A model generated the notes under the pieces. The model saw only the letters and a program-made list of their open reading frames with translations, made no database searches and had not been told where the DNA came from. From an uncultured Verrucomicrobiae bacterium (GTDB lineage Bacteria > Verrucomicrobiota > Verrucomicrobiia > Limisphaerales > UBA11358), in contig CAWJHF010000016.1 in NCBI GenBank assembly GCA_963842445.1, positions 8,067 through 72,066 of the forward strand: a DNA stretch of 64,000 nucleotides, given 5' to 3'. Below are positions 10,599-20,153 of this stretch, piece by piece. Position numbers and translations under genes: made by a program. The number at the start of each line of letters is the position of its first letter. Position 1 is the stretch's first letter.

Positions 10599-12569
10599 TT
10601 ACTTGACTGTCGTCGGACTGTGAATGCTTCGAGTTCCTGTGTAACCTGTGTAGCCCCTAAGTGTCGCACCTGTCGGCATTGCAATGGGTGGTTGGGCGCG
10701 CATGAACGTGCGATGCCACAACTCCAGCGACACAAGCAGGTAAATATGCCGCCGGTACTGTTCCTTGCCTTCGCGGTCCAGTTCAAGCATCCGCCGGATG
10801 TAGTCCTGGTCGAAATAGCGGCCCATCGAGGAATCCGGCCCCAGAAGGCAGTCCTCCACGAATGATTTCATTCGCACACGGAACCAGTTTTCGATCGGAT
10901 TGGCGAAACCCTTCTTCTTCCGGCGAACCACCTCCTTGGGCAGCCATTTTTCGCACGCCTTCTTGTGCAGGTATTTGCCGGTGAACCCACGCAGTTTTAG
11001 ATGAGAAGGCAGACTCTCGATGAACTCAACCAGGCGATAATCGAGGAAGGGCACGCGCACTTCCAGCGAGTTGGCCATGGCGGTCTTGTCACCGACCATC
11101 AACAGGTCGTCCGGGAGATTGGCGCGCGTGTCGATGTAGAGCATCTGCGTGAGTGGATCAAGGCCTTTGACATCGAATTGCAGCCGCGCCAAGGCGTGTC
11201 GTGGGCCATAAGGATCGGCATCGAATTGCTGCTTCAACGCGCCTTTGTAAAGTTGCGCCTTCATGTCCGCGTTGAAAAACGAGTAGATCTTCGTGAACCG
11301 CGTGAGCATATCCGGCTCGCCGAGCGACACCAGCCCGCGCTTCAAGCGTTCCATCCGCCCCGGCATCCTGTAGATGAGATGGGCCAGATCATTAGTAACG
11401 AACTTCGGCAGATGGCTGTAGATGCCAGACAACTTCACACCCTTGTAACGGTCGTAGCCGGCCCATGGTTCATCGGCGCCTTGGCCGGTTAACGCAACTT
11501 TTACTCGTTTGCTCGTGATGTTGGAGACGAAGTGAAACGCCGGGGCGGCTTCATGGCCGACCGGCTCTTCGAGGTCCATCATGTAACGCTCGAAATAATG
11601 AACGTAATCCTCCGGCGTAACCGTCATGCTGTAGTGGTCCGCGCCAAATGTGCGCGCCATCTCACGGGCATCATCAATCTCGTTGGTCTTTTCGCCTTCC
11701 TCGAAACCGATGGTAAAGGTCTGAACCGGGCCCGCGGCGTGTTGACTCATGATGGCGAGCAGCACTCCAGAATCCACGCCGGAACTGAGAAACAAACCCA
11801 GCGGCACGTCGCTCCGCAATTGAAGGCGCACGGCATCTTCAAGCAACGTTTGGTATTCTTCAATCAACTCTCCCTCGCGCCCATTCGCGCGCAAGCGCGG
11901 AATCCAGTTCCAAAACCGGCTGATGGCAAGCCCTTTCCTCGTGGCCAGCATGAGATGGCCGGGTGGAAGTTTGAAGATTCGCTTGAACAGCGTCTTGGGT
12001 GACGGAACAGAGCGGAACGTAAAAAGTTCGGCCAAAGCATCCAGATCAATTTCACGCGGGCACTCCGGGTCTCGTAACAAGGCCTTGATCTCGGACGAAA
12101 ACAGCAGCCGACTCCCAATCTGAACGTAATACAAAGGCTTGATGCCGAGGTGATCCCGCGCCAGGAAAACTTCCCGTTTGCGCGCGTCCCAGATGGCGAA
12201 CGCGAACATTCCATTGAATCGGTTCACACATTCGGCACCCCACTGTTCGTAGGCGTGGACGATCACTTCGGTGTCTGACTTGGTTTTGAACCTGTGTCCG
12301 AACGTCTCCAGTTCCTTACGCAACTCAATAAAATTGTAAATCTCGCCGTTGAAGACGATTTGCAGTCTCCCATCCTCGTTGCCGATGGGTTGCCCGCCGC
12401 CGCTCACATCAATAATACTCAGCCGGCGATGCCCCAAGCCGACTTCGCGATCTATGTAATGTCCGTCGCCGTCCGGACCGCGATGCTCGATGATCGAGGT
12501 CATTCGATCCAGAAGGCCCTGATTGATCGGGTTACCGGACAGGTCAAAGATGCCGGAAATGCCACACAT
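10599..12569 (-). CDS. asnB: asparagine synthase (glutamine-hydrolysing), EPS-locus paralog 2
   Basis: MCGISGIF start, a GATase-II domain, and the SSGVDS PP-loop. Confidence 0.9.
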   Translation of the reverse strand: MCGISGIFDLSGNPINQGLLDRMTSIIEHRGPDGDGHYIDREVGLGHRRLSIIDVSGGGQPIGNEDGRLQIVFNGEIYNFIELRKELETFGHRFKTKSDTEVIVHAYEQWGAECVNRFNGMFAFAIWDARKREVFLARDHLGIKPLYYVQIGSRLLFSSEIKALLRDPECPREIDLDALAELFTFRSVPSPKTLFKRIFKLPPGHLMLATRKGLAISRFWNWIPRLRANGREGELIEEYQTLLEDAVRLQLRSDVPLGLFLSSGVDSGVLLAIMSQHAAGPVQTFTIGFEEGEKTNEIDDAREMARTFGADHYSMTVTPEDYVHYFERYMMDLEEPVGHEAAPAFHFVSNITSKRVKVALTGQGADEPWAGYDRYKGVKLSGIYSHLPKFVTNDLAHLIYRMPGRMERLKRGLVSLGEPDMLTRFTKIYSFFNADMKAQLYKGALKQQFDADPYGPRHALARLQFDVKGLDPLTQMLYIDTRANLPDDLLMVGDKTAMANSLEVRVPFLDYRLVEFIESLPSHLKLRGFTGKYLHKKACEKWLPKEVVRRKKKGFANPIENWFRVRMKSFVEDCLLGPDSSMGRYFDQDYIRRMLELDREGKEQYRRHIYLLVSLELWHRTFMRAQPPIAMPTGATLRGYTGYTGTRSIHSPTTVK

Positions 12570-12614
12570 GACTTCGTGTTCCTGGGAATACTACCGACGA
12601 TTCAATCCCAATGC

Positions 12615-13505
12615 CTACGACTGGGATGAAGCCGACGACAAATGCAGAAGGCGTTTGAGCTTTGCCCGGTGTTCCGCGCGCAGATAACGGACGGCATCCG
12701 GTGGCAAAGCAATCGGTTCACCGCTGAATTTGCTGGCGAGAAAACCCCAAAACGCCGCGCAACTTCCCACAACTTTGGGTTGCTCCTTCGCGCGATAAAG
12801 GCAGCGCAGGAAATAAAACAAGGCTCCGTACCCCAAGGATTGCATGCGTCGCCCTTCTTTTACCCGCGACGCCAGCGGACGCTCGGTGGCAGAGCCGGTT
12901 CGGCGATGCTCAAGCACGCGAAATTCGGGAAATGTGCGAACCGTCCAAGCCTTCATGCGTGCTGTGACTTCGGCGGCGGTATCAATTCCGCCGTATGGCA
13001 ACATCAGGTAACCGCCCACTTGTTCAAAGCACGCGCGCCGGAACAACTGCACCGCCCCGGCCACGCTGTCCAACGCCACTTCCTGCGAGACGTATTCGTC
13101 GCCCAACCGGCTATGAATCATGCCGCCCGCTATCCCCAATTTTGCATCCTTCGCGAACTGGTGCAGAATATTTTCAAAATAAGTCGGCTCAAATGAAATG
13201 TCCGCATCGAGGTTTCCGATGTAATCGAACTTTAAATCGCGCATTTCCACGAGCCCCTGATTGAACGCGCGCACCTTGTTGCCAAAATGCCGGCCCGTGG
13301 GACGTTCGACATTCACCAACTGGATGAAGCTGCGCTCCATGGAATAGCGCTCGACAATCTCGCGGGTGTGATCCGTGGAGGCGTCATTCACGATCACCCA
13401 TTTGAGTGGACGGACGGTCTGCGCGAGCACCGAGGCGATCGTTTTTTCGATGAAGGCGTCCTCGTTGTGCGCGGGAGTTATGACGACGTAGTTTGTCACA
13501 CCCAT
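12615..13505 (-). CDS. family 2 glycosyltransferase
   Basis: VVITPAHNEDAFIEKTIASVLAQTVRPLKWVIVNDASTD plus NLDAD. Confidence 0.8.
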   Translation of the reverse strand: MGVTNYVVITPAHNEDAFIEKTIASVLAQTVRPLKWVIVNDASTDHTREIVERYSMERSFIQLVNVERPTGRHFGNKVRAFNQGLVEMRDLKFDYIGNLDADISFEPTYFENILHQFAKDAKLGIAGGMIHSRLGDEYVSQEVALDSVAGAVQLFRRACFEQVGGYLMLPYGGIDTAAEVTARMKAWTVRTFPEFRVLEHRRTGSATERPLASRVKEGRRMQSLGYGALFYFLRCLYRAKEQPKVVGSCAAFWGFLASKFSGEPIALPPDAVRYLRAEHRAKLKRLLHLSSASSQS

Positions 13506-13612
13506 TCAGTCTACCCCAAGAATGATGGCCCTTTGCATGTCTCACACGCCAATCTGCCGTCTCACAAGCGCTCCAATTCATCGGGGTGATCATCCACCTC
13601 ACGACCGGCAAA

Positions 13613-14728
13613 TCAACTCTGAGTTACAATGCCGTTGACAATTCTTCCCGCCGTCTGGCCGTCCCAAAGCGGAGGAATCTGGCCGAACCTAGGCTCGCGT
13701 TTGAGAACTTCATCAATGTCTGTCGCCAAAGTCTCCAAGCTTGTCAGCTTGTTGCTTCCGACGGCAACGGTGATCGGCCGCTCGGTGTTCGGACGCAGCG
13801 TCAGGCAAGGTGTTCTAAAATAGGTGCTTTCCTCCTGCAAACCGCCGGAGTCGGTCAGCACCAGACGCGTGTTTTCTGTCAGATACAATGAGTCGTGATA
13901 ACCGATTGGCTCCAGAATCTTAAGACCTTCGTCGTGATTCAGCGAAATGCTGAACTGCGCGCACATCTTGCGCGTGCGCGGGTGCATGGGAAACACCACC
14001 GGGACCTGACGGGCGAGCCGCTTCAACTCGGCCATGACCGCAGCGAGGCTAGTCTGGCAATCAACGTTGGAAGGACGATGCAGCGTCACATAGACAAAAC
14101 GCTTTTTCTCCAAGCCAAGCGTTTTGGGCAGATGAACCGTGTGCGCTTTCTCCAGATTAGCAACCAGCGTGTCGATCATCACGTTCCCAACGAGCTTTAT
14201 CTTCGAATCGGGAACCCCTTCCCGCCTCAAATTCTCGTTAGCGTCGGCCGAAGGTGTCAGCAGCAGGTCCGCCAATGCGTCCGTGACGAGGCGGTTGACC
14301 TCTTCCGGCATGGTGCGATCGAAGCTGCGCAAGCCTGCTTCAACGTGGGCCACCCGGATCCCCATTTTTGAGCAGACCAGCGTGCAGGCCATGGTGGAGT
14401 TCACGTCGCCCACCACCACCACCCAATCCGGCTGCTCCTGCTCACAAACCGTCTCGAATCCGGTCATGATCCGGGCCGTCTGCACCGCGTGTGAGCTTGA
14501 TCCGACGCCGAGGTTTATGTCGGGTGGCCGGATGCCGAGTTCCCGAAAGAACACTTCCGACATCGCTTCGTCATAATGCTGCCCGGTATGCACCAGCCGC
14601 ACATCAATCGTCTTTCCGCCATTTTCTCTGCCCGAATTGTGCTGACTGATCGCCTTCATGACCGGGGCGACCTTCATGAAGTTGGGCCGGGCACCGGCGA
14701 TAACGAGCAGTTTTAACTGTCGGCTCAT
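13613..14728 (-). CDS. wecB: UDP-N-acetylglucosamine 2-epimerase (non-hydrolysing)
   Basis: Full-length match to the WecB/MnaA pattern: RPNFMKVAPV, HTGQHYD, VVVVGDVNS, HVEAGLRS, TDSGGLQEE. Confidence 0.9.
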   Translation of the reverse strand: MSRQLKLLVIAGARPNFMKVAPVMKAISQHNSGRENGGKTIDVRLVHTGQHYDEAMSEVFFRELGIRPPDINLGVGSSSHAVQTARIMTGFETVCEQEQPDWVVVVGDVNSTMACTLVCSKMGIRVAHVEAGLRSFDRTMPEEVNRLVTDALADLLLTPSADANENLRREGVPDSKIKLVGNVMIDTLVANLEKAHTVHLPKTLGLEKKRFVYVTLHRPSNVDCQTSLAAVMAELKRLARQVPVVFPMHPRTRKMCAQFSISLNHDEGLKILEPIGYHDSLYLTENTRLVLTDSGGLQEESTYFRTPCLTLRPNTERPITVAVGSNKLTSLETLATDIDEVLKREPRFGQIPPLWDGQTAGRIVNGIVTQS

Positions 14729-14760
14729 GTGTTTTTCTGAGAAAGAACTTCCACCGCAAC

Positions 14761-15900
14761 TTAATTGCGGCAGTCCAACTTTATGATGTCTTCGACTTGT
14801 TCCACGATCTCCCGCAAAGCCTCTCGCGGCCTGGAAGCCGGCAGGCCGTTCCTTTTCCTGGGGATGAGAAGGATTTTATTTTGCACGTCTTCGATGCTCT
14901 CAATCAGAGTCATCTTCCCTTGGCTCTGCAAGTGGCGGTCCACGGCACCGCTTTTGCCCCGGAAAATACTGTAAACTGGGACTCCCAACGCCGCTGCTTC
15001 ACGATTCATCGTTCCGCCACCACTCACAACCAAATCGGAATGCCAGAGAAGGTTGAGCCCATCCACCGCCTCCTTGGGGACAACCACTTTGGAATCATTA
15101 AACCACTGAGGCCAGTTCGTCCGGATATCGGTTTCTTGATTCTTGTTGCGAGGCAGGAGGACAGCTTTCACGCCCGGAGTAATAAAAACTCTTTCCATGA
15201 ATTTCACAAAAAATGTTTCGCTCTCAGGATTGTGATAATGGGCTTCGTTAGCCGGTGGACGAACGGTAACGATTACATTGTTATCACCCAAATGGAGTTG
15301 CTGGCGAAGGGTTGGATCGGGCTTGAACTCCGGCGCATAGACATCTTCCTTTATGCCATTGTACTTTCGGATTCTTTCCTTTGCTTTACAATGCAAGCTC
15401 TCATTTAACAACACTTCAGGGACAATTTCCCACCGGGGCCGCAGGAGCAGCGGTGTCCGCGCGTGTTCATAGTCCATTATCATCACGGTCGGTATACAGA
15501 GCAGGTTGCAAAGGAGAATTTGGGAGCGGGAACCATGCGACAACCCCATAATCGGTCGTTCCTTCAGCACCAATGGGAGTAATTGCAGGGTTCGCCAGAT
15601 GAGTCCCAATATTTTTAACACACGGTTTTTTCCGTAATGACGGCCGACCTTCGTATAAACAAGGCCGGATTGTGTAGCTAATTCGCAAACCTGAAATGCG
15701 TCACGTGCTGTCAATATTACCTTGTAACCGCGCTTTTCAAGCTCCCTGATGATGGGCTTGAAAAACGGCACATGGGGGGTGTTATCCAGATCAATCCAAA
15801 TTCTTCCGTTACAAGGTGCGGCGTCCAGAGCCAGAGGTAGATTGCCAGAAATGGAAAGAGACGGAGAACGGCTCAGTTTGGATGATGCTGAAGAAGTCAT
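14761..15900 (-). CDS. DUF354-family protein (GT-B-like, often next to wecB)
   Basis: IWIDLDNTPHVPFFKPIIRELEKRGYKVILTARD and the C-terminal SGGGTMNREAAALGVP are typical of DUF354. Confidence 0.65.
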   Translation of the reverse strand: MTSSASSKLSRSPSLSISGNLPLALDAAPCNGRIWIDLDNTPHVPFFKPIIRELEKRGYKVILTARDAFQVCELATQSGLVYTKVGRHYGKNRVLKILGLIWRTLQLLPLVLKERPIMGLSHGSRSQILLCNLLCIPTVMIMDYEHARTPLLLRPRWEIVPEVLLNESLHCKAKERIRKYNGIKEDVYAPEFKPDPTLRQQLHLGDNNVIVTVRPPANEAHYHNPESETFFVKFMERVFITPGVKAVLLPRNKNQETDIRTNWPQWFNDSKVVVPKEAVDGLNLLWHSDLVVSGGGTMNREAAALGVPVYSIFRGKSGAVDRHLQSQGKMTLIESIEDVQNKILLIPRKRNGLPASRPREALREIVEQVEDIIKLDCRN

Positions 15901-15978
15901 TAATCTGGTCCTTAGCCTTTAAAAAATGAAATTTACGCCCGTTTTGGCAAACGGAGATGGCGTCTGAGGGGAAAATCC

Positions 15979-18237
15979 TCAGACATCGTTCAGGAATTCC
16001 TGATGTAAGCGTGTCGGAATGTAATTCCGGGTTTTATTGAGTACGGTGCTGACTTTTGCCTTGGATTCCGCCAGCAACTGGTTTACCCGCTTGACCACGT
16101 CTTGATTTGTTTTCTCCGACTCGATCACCAGCAAAACCATGTCCATGAGTCCGGCGAGCCGCGCAGTCGCACTGGTCTGGCTGACCGGCGGCATGTCGAA
16201 AATGATGTATTCAAACTCGCTGGCCTTGAGTTTGGGCATCAGCGTCGAGATTTTTTGGGGCAGGTTGGCTGGCAGCATGTCACCGTCCGCTTGTTTCGTG
16301 ATGGTGGAGAGGTTTGCCTTAACGAGTGCGCTTTGCTTTTCTCCGGTTTCCAAGGCTTCGTCCAGGCTGCAGCCGGGTTTGCCCTTGTAAAAATGCTGCG
16401 CGGCACCCTGCTCGCCGCTAATGTTGACCAATAGCACGTTGCCGTCACCGATTTCAGAAAGCGAAGCGGCCAATCCGGTGGCGATGCTGCTGACGCCAGC
16501 GCCGGCGCCACAGCTTGTCACGGCAACGAGCTTTGGTTTGTGGTTGAGATTCCTGGTCTCAAAATACACAATCAACCGGTCCCGCAATCCTTCATAAAAC
16601 CGGTGGAGAGGATGCTGACTATTCCGGATAACCACGCCTGGTTCCTCCTCTCCAGCAGTTTCGCGCTCGTTGTCCCCGGCTTCTAGTAAGCGTAAATTGC
16701 TTCCATTTTTTACCATATGACGATGGCCGTTCCCTGCCAAGACAGGAATTGAAATAAACAGGGGTAATCGTAATTTCGTCTCAATATCTGTCGGCCGCTT
16801 TATGGAACGGTCCAAAAACAACTCGATAAGAAATGCCAATGCCAGTCCGCCAAAGATGCCTCCGGCGGCCACCATTGCCACCTTTTTTTTGAAAGGTTTT
16901 GACCATCCTTTGCCTGGGGGTGATGGAGCCTGAATTACGCTGATATTCGCGGCTTTATCTTCCCCCAAAGTTTCATCAATGCGAGTTTTCTCCAAATTGC
17001 CCATAAAATACCTGAGATTGGCTTCTTCAACCTGCTCTTTTTGTTCCAACTCTGAAATGGTCATCTCCACTTTCTGGAAATTCGTCGCCTCGGCCCAGAC
17101 TTGATTCAACTGCAAATTCAACGCCTGGATTTTTGCCTTGAGCCCCGCTATTTGGTCAGATTCGGCTTTCAAATCAATCGAAGCCTCTGCCGGCTGTCCG
17201 GAGATGGGATTGGATGCCGGAGAAATGCTCAGGTCCGTGAGCTTCGGGTACTGTTTTTCAAGACCCTTTTTGAGCGCTTCGGTTTGCCCAATTTGTTGGC
17301 GGACCTCCTTGACCAAGTTGTTCTCCTCCGAAAATCCTTGCTGAGTCAGATAATTCTGCTCCTTCCCCTCAAGAAGAGTAAGACTCGTGCAAATCCTCTT
17401 GTAGTTGTCAACCTGTTCGGGGGGCACCCCCGTTGCCAAGTCAAAATTTGTGGTTTCTGGTGCTGTCCCAAACGATTTTGTCAGTTCTCCCAGCATGGCC
17501 TGACGTTCTGACAATTCAGCCTCGGCACTAAAGAGATCCTGGCGGATTTTTGAGATCTGTTCGGCATATGCTTTTTGATTATCTCCAACGGAAATCACAC
17601 CGGCTGCGCGTTTGAGATTTCCGAGTTGATCCTCAGTCTGCGCAAGTTCGGCGCGTAACCGGGCAGTCTCATTGGTCAGAAAATTATCAGACGCTCCCAT
17701 TCCTTGATGCATCTGCACATGCTTCGTGAAATAGGCGTCAATAATTTCACCCAAGGCTGGTCGAACGAGCGTAGGGTCTGGATTTTGGAAGGTGATTCGA
17801 ATCACGCTGCTTCCCAAGATCGGTTCAACAGTCAGACCGTTGCATACCAGACGGGTGGCTCGATTGGTGTCTGCGCCTCCTCCGACTTTGGCCAGAATCT
17901 TTTCCGGTGTCACGGCCTGAACCACCTGTTCGGCCAAATCCCAGCTGTGAAGAATTGCCACTTCAGTATTAATTATACTGTCGCTCCCCTCATTCAGCAG
18001 CCTGGTATTCTGCTCATCTCCAGGAGGATTCAGGGATCTCCCTTCCACCACATAACGAATGGAAAGCATGGCCACGGATTGATATTGAGGTGGTTTCACC
18101 ACAAAAAGCAGCAGAATGGCCCCCATTATCCCCGCAAAAGAGAAGAAGAGAATCATCCACTTATGTCGGAACAGGATGAAATAAATGTCGCCCAACGACA
18201 TTGCCGTAGAGGGCGGGTCTTGGCTCTTGTCACTCAT
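15979..18237 (-). CDS. polysaccharide chain-length determinant (Wzz/GumC-like) fused to a degenerate BY-kinase-like P-loop domain
   Basis: Two TM segments flank a long coiled-coil periplasmic region. The C-terminal domain has TSCGAGAGVSS in place of Walker A GxxGxGKS/T. A Walker B-like IIFDMPP is retained. Confidence 0.8.
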   Translation of the reverse strand: MSDKSQDPPSTAMSLGDIYFILFRHKWMILFFSFAGIMGAILLLFVVKPPQYQSVAMLSIRYVVEGRSLNPPGDEQNTRLLNEGSDSIINTEVAILHSWDLAEQVVQAVTPEKILAKVGGGADTNRATRLVCNGLTVEPILGSSVIRITFQNPDPTLVRPALGEIIDAYFTKHVQMHQGMGASDNFLTNETARLRAELAQTEDQLGNLKRAAGVISVGDNQKAYAEQISKIRQDLFSAEAELSERQAMLGELTKSFGTAPETTNFDLATGVPPEQVDNYKRICTSLTLLEGKEQNYLTQQGFSEENNLVKEVRQQIGQTEALKKGLEKQYPKLTDLSISPASNPISGQPAEASIDLKAESDQIAGLKAKIQALNLQLNQVWAEATNFQKVEMTISELEQKEQVEEANLRYFMGNLEKTRIDETLGEDKAANISVIQAPSPPGKGWSKPFKKKVAMVAAGGIFGGLALAFLIELFLDRSIKRPTDIETKLRLPLFISIPVLAGNGHRHMVKNGSNLRLLEAGDNERETAGEEEPGVVIRNSQHPLHRFYEGLRDRLIVYFETRNLNHKPKLVAVTSCGAGAGVSSIATGLAASLSEIGDGNVLLVNISGEQGAAQHFYKGKPGCSLDEALETGEKQSALVKANLSTITKQADGDMLPANLPQKISTLMPKLKASEFEYIIFDMPPVSQTSATARLAGLMDMVLLVIESEKTNQDVVKRVNQLLAESKAKVSTVLNKTRNYIPTRLHQEFLNDV

Positions 18238-18276
18238 TCAAAACTAAGGATTACGACATTGTCCGGTTAAGTCCAT

Positions 18277-18777
18277 TCAAACTTCGGCTTCAAATGACCG
18301 AATTACCCTTGCAGGATTGCCTGCCACCACCGTGCCCGGCGGCACGTCTTTGGTCACCACGCTGCCGGCCCCGATCATCGCATTCTCGCCGATAGTGATA
18401 CCGCAGAGCAGTGTGGTTCCGGAGCCAATGGAGGCGCCTCGTTTTATCAGGGTGCGAATGCAGACCCATTCCGCATCTGTTTGCAGCCGCCCTTTGCCGT
18501 TGGTGGCACGGGGAAAACGATCATTGGTGAAGGTGACATTGTGACCGATGAAAATATCGTCTTCCAAAGTCACCCCTTCGCAAATGAAAGTGTGGCTGGA
18601 AATCTTGCACCGGTTACCGATTTTGACACCTTTTTGGATTTCGACAAAAGTGCCAATTTTTACATCGTCTCCAATTTCACAACCATAGAGATTCGCGAAA
18701 TCACGAATACAAACATTCTTCCCCAGTTTTACGTCCGGAGCGATTCGTTGACATGATGGCTGAAGCGGTGAATTCAT
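18277..18777 (-). CDS. left-handed beta-helix (hexapeptide) sugar N-acetyltransferase, WbpD-like
   Basis: Hexapeptide repeats throughout (IGDDVKIGTFVEI..GVKIGNRCKISS...IGENAMIGAGSVV). Confidence 0.85.
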   Translation of the reverse strand: MNSPLQPSCQRIAPDVKLGKNVCIRDFANLYGCEIGDDVKIGTFVEIQKGVKIGNRCKISSHTFICEGVTLEDDIFIGHNVTFTNDRFPRATNGKGRLQTDAEWVCIRTLIKRGASIGSGTTLLCGITIGENAMIGAGSVVTKDVPPGTVVAGNPARVIRSFEAEV

Positions 18778-18787
18778 GCGGAGGAAT

Positions 18788-19957
18788 TTACGGCCCGTTC
18801 ACGCGAAATTTAATCCGCAATTTCCGACCGTTTTGAGATACTCGTTTTTTTGCACCCGACCGGGGCATCAACACCGGAAGCTCCGGACCACGGGAAGAAA
18901 TCCAAGCCGCCTCGGGCCGTTGGTCTTCTTTTCGTACGCCTGGAAGCTCGACCGGAGCGCCGCCCTTTCCCAACGATTTTGTGGAGGCTTCCAAAATCCG
19001 AACCAGTTCCAATCCTTGTTTGCCGTCGGTCAGCGGAGTTGTGCCGTTTTTGATGCAATCCAAGAAATGCTGGCACTCGGTCTTCAACGGCTCCTCCTGC
19101 TTGATGTAGGGCACATACATGTCCCCGTAATGATAAGCGTATTGGAATTCAGCAAAAGTGTCATAATGCGGCGGGCTTTCAACCCGCGCGTCGAAAATGC
19201 GGATTTTTTCCAGTGGCGCCACATCGTCATATACAATCATCCGTTTGCTTCCAACGATTGTCATCTCACGGACTTTTCTCGGGTCCAACCAGCTGCTATG
19301 GATGATGGCAGTCCGTTGCTTTGCGAAACCGAGACACATGGTCGTCACATCCTCGATGCCTTGCGTAATATGAGCGCTGCCGCGGCAGTTCACCGTAATG
19401 GGTTGCTCGCCGATGACGGACAAAATGATGGAGATGTCGTGCGGCGCAAGATCCCACGCCACATTGATGTCCTTCTGGAACAACCCCAAGTTGAGCCGGC
19501 GTGCACAAATGTAACGGATTTCCCCAACGTCACCGGAAGCCACGATTTCCCGGATTTTTCTGACCGCCGGGGAATATAGAAAGGTGTGGCCGACCATCAG
19601 CACCAATCCTTTTTTTTGCGCAATTTCGATCAGTTCTTCACACTGCTCGGAGGAACTGGCCATCGGCTTTTCGATGAATGTATGCTTGCCAGCCAGCAGA
19701 CTAGCTTTGGCCATCGGATAGTGCAATTTTACAGCGGTCGCTATGACCACGGCGTCAAGCTCGACGCCATTCAGCATGTGCCCATAATCCATTGCGCGCT
19801 GGACTTCCGGATACAATGCTTTGAGATGCATGAGACGCTGCTGGCTTAGATCGCACATGATTTTTAGCTGGCAGCCTGGGAGCGATCTGAAATTGCGGAT
19901 GAGGTTTGGGCCCCAGTAGCCACACCCCACAACACCAACTTTGAGTTTCCTAGTCAT
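18788..19957 (-). CDS. Gfo/Idh/MocA-family NAD-dependent sugar oxidoreductase, WbpB-like
   Basis: KVGVVGCGYWGPNLIRN Rossmann start and EKPMA motif. About 45 aa of basic C-terminal extension. Confidence 0.85.
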   Translation of the reverse strand: MTRKLKVGVVGCGYWGPNLIRNFRSLPGCQLKIMCDLSQQRLMHLKALYPEVQRAMDYGHMLNGVELDAVVIATAVKLHYPMAKASLLAGKHTFIEKPMASSSEQCEELIEIAQKKGLVLMVGHTFLYSPAVRKIREIVASGDVGEIRYICARRLNLGLFQKDINVAWDLAPHDISIILSVIGEQPITVNCRGSAHITQGIEDVTTMCLGFAKQRTAIIHSSWLDPRKVREMTIVGSKRMIVYDDVAPLEKIRIFDARVESPPHYDTFAEFQYAYHYGDMYVPYIKQEEPLKTECQHFLDCIKNGTTPLTDGKQGLELVRILEASTKSLGKGGAPVELPGVRKEDQRPEAAWISSRGPELPVLMPRSGAKKRVSQNGRKLRIKFRVNGP

Positions 19958-20043
19958 AATTAGTACATCATTATTTGTTTATTGGATCACGGAATTGGGA
20001 ATGACAGTTTCCCGCCATCACCTCAAAACAAGCACGGTTGGTT

Positions 20044-20149
20044 CTAACAGGGTGTTGAAAAAGGCCTGTTTTAAAAAATTGATCCTCAAAATCATTAGGG
20101 GGTTCGCATGAAAAATTGGTCAAAATGAGTTTTTCAACAGCCTGCTAAG
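20044..20149. repeat. inverted repeat (about 20-nt arms, about 63-nt spacer) in an intergenic gap of the EPS operon
   Basis: ctaacagggtgttgaaaaagg (20044-20063) pairs with gagtttttcaacagcctgctaag (20127-20149). The reverse complement matches at about 17 of 20 positions by hand alignment. Confidence 0.5.
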
Positions 20150-20153
20150 GCAG

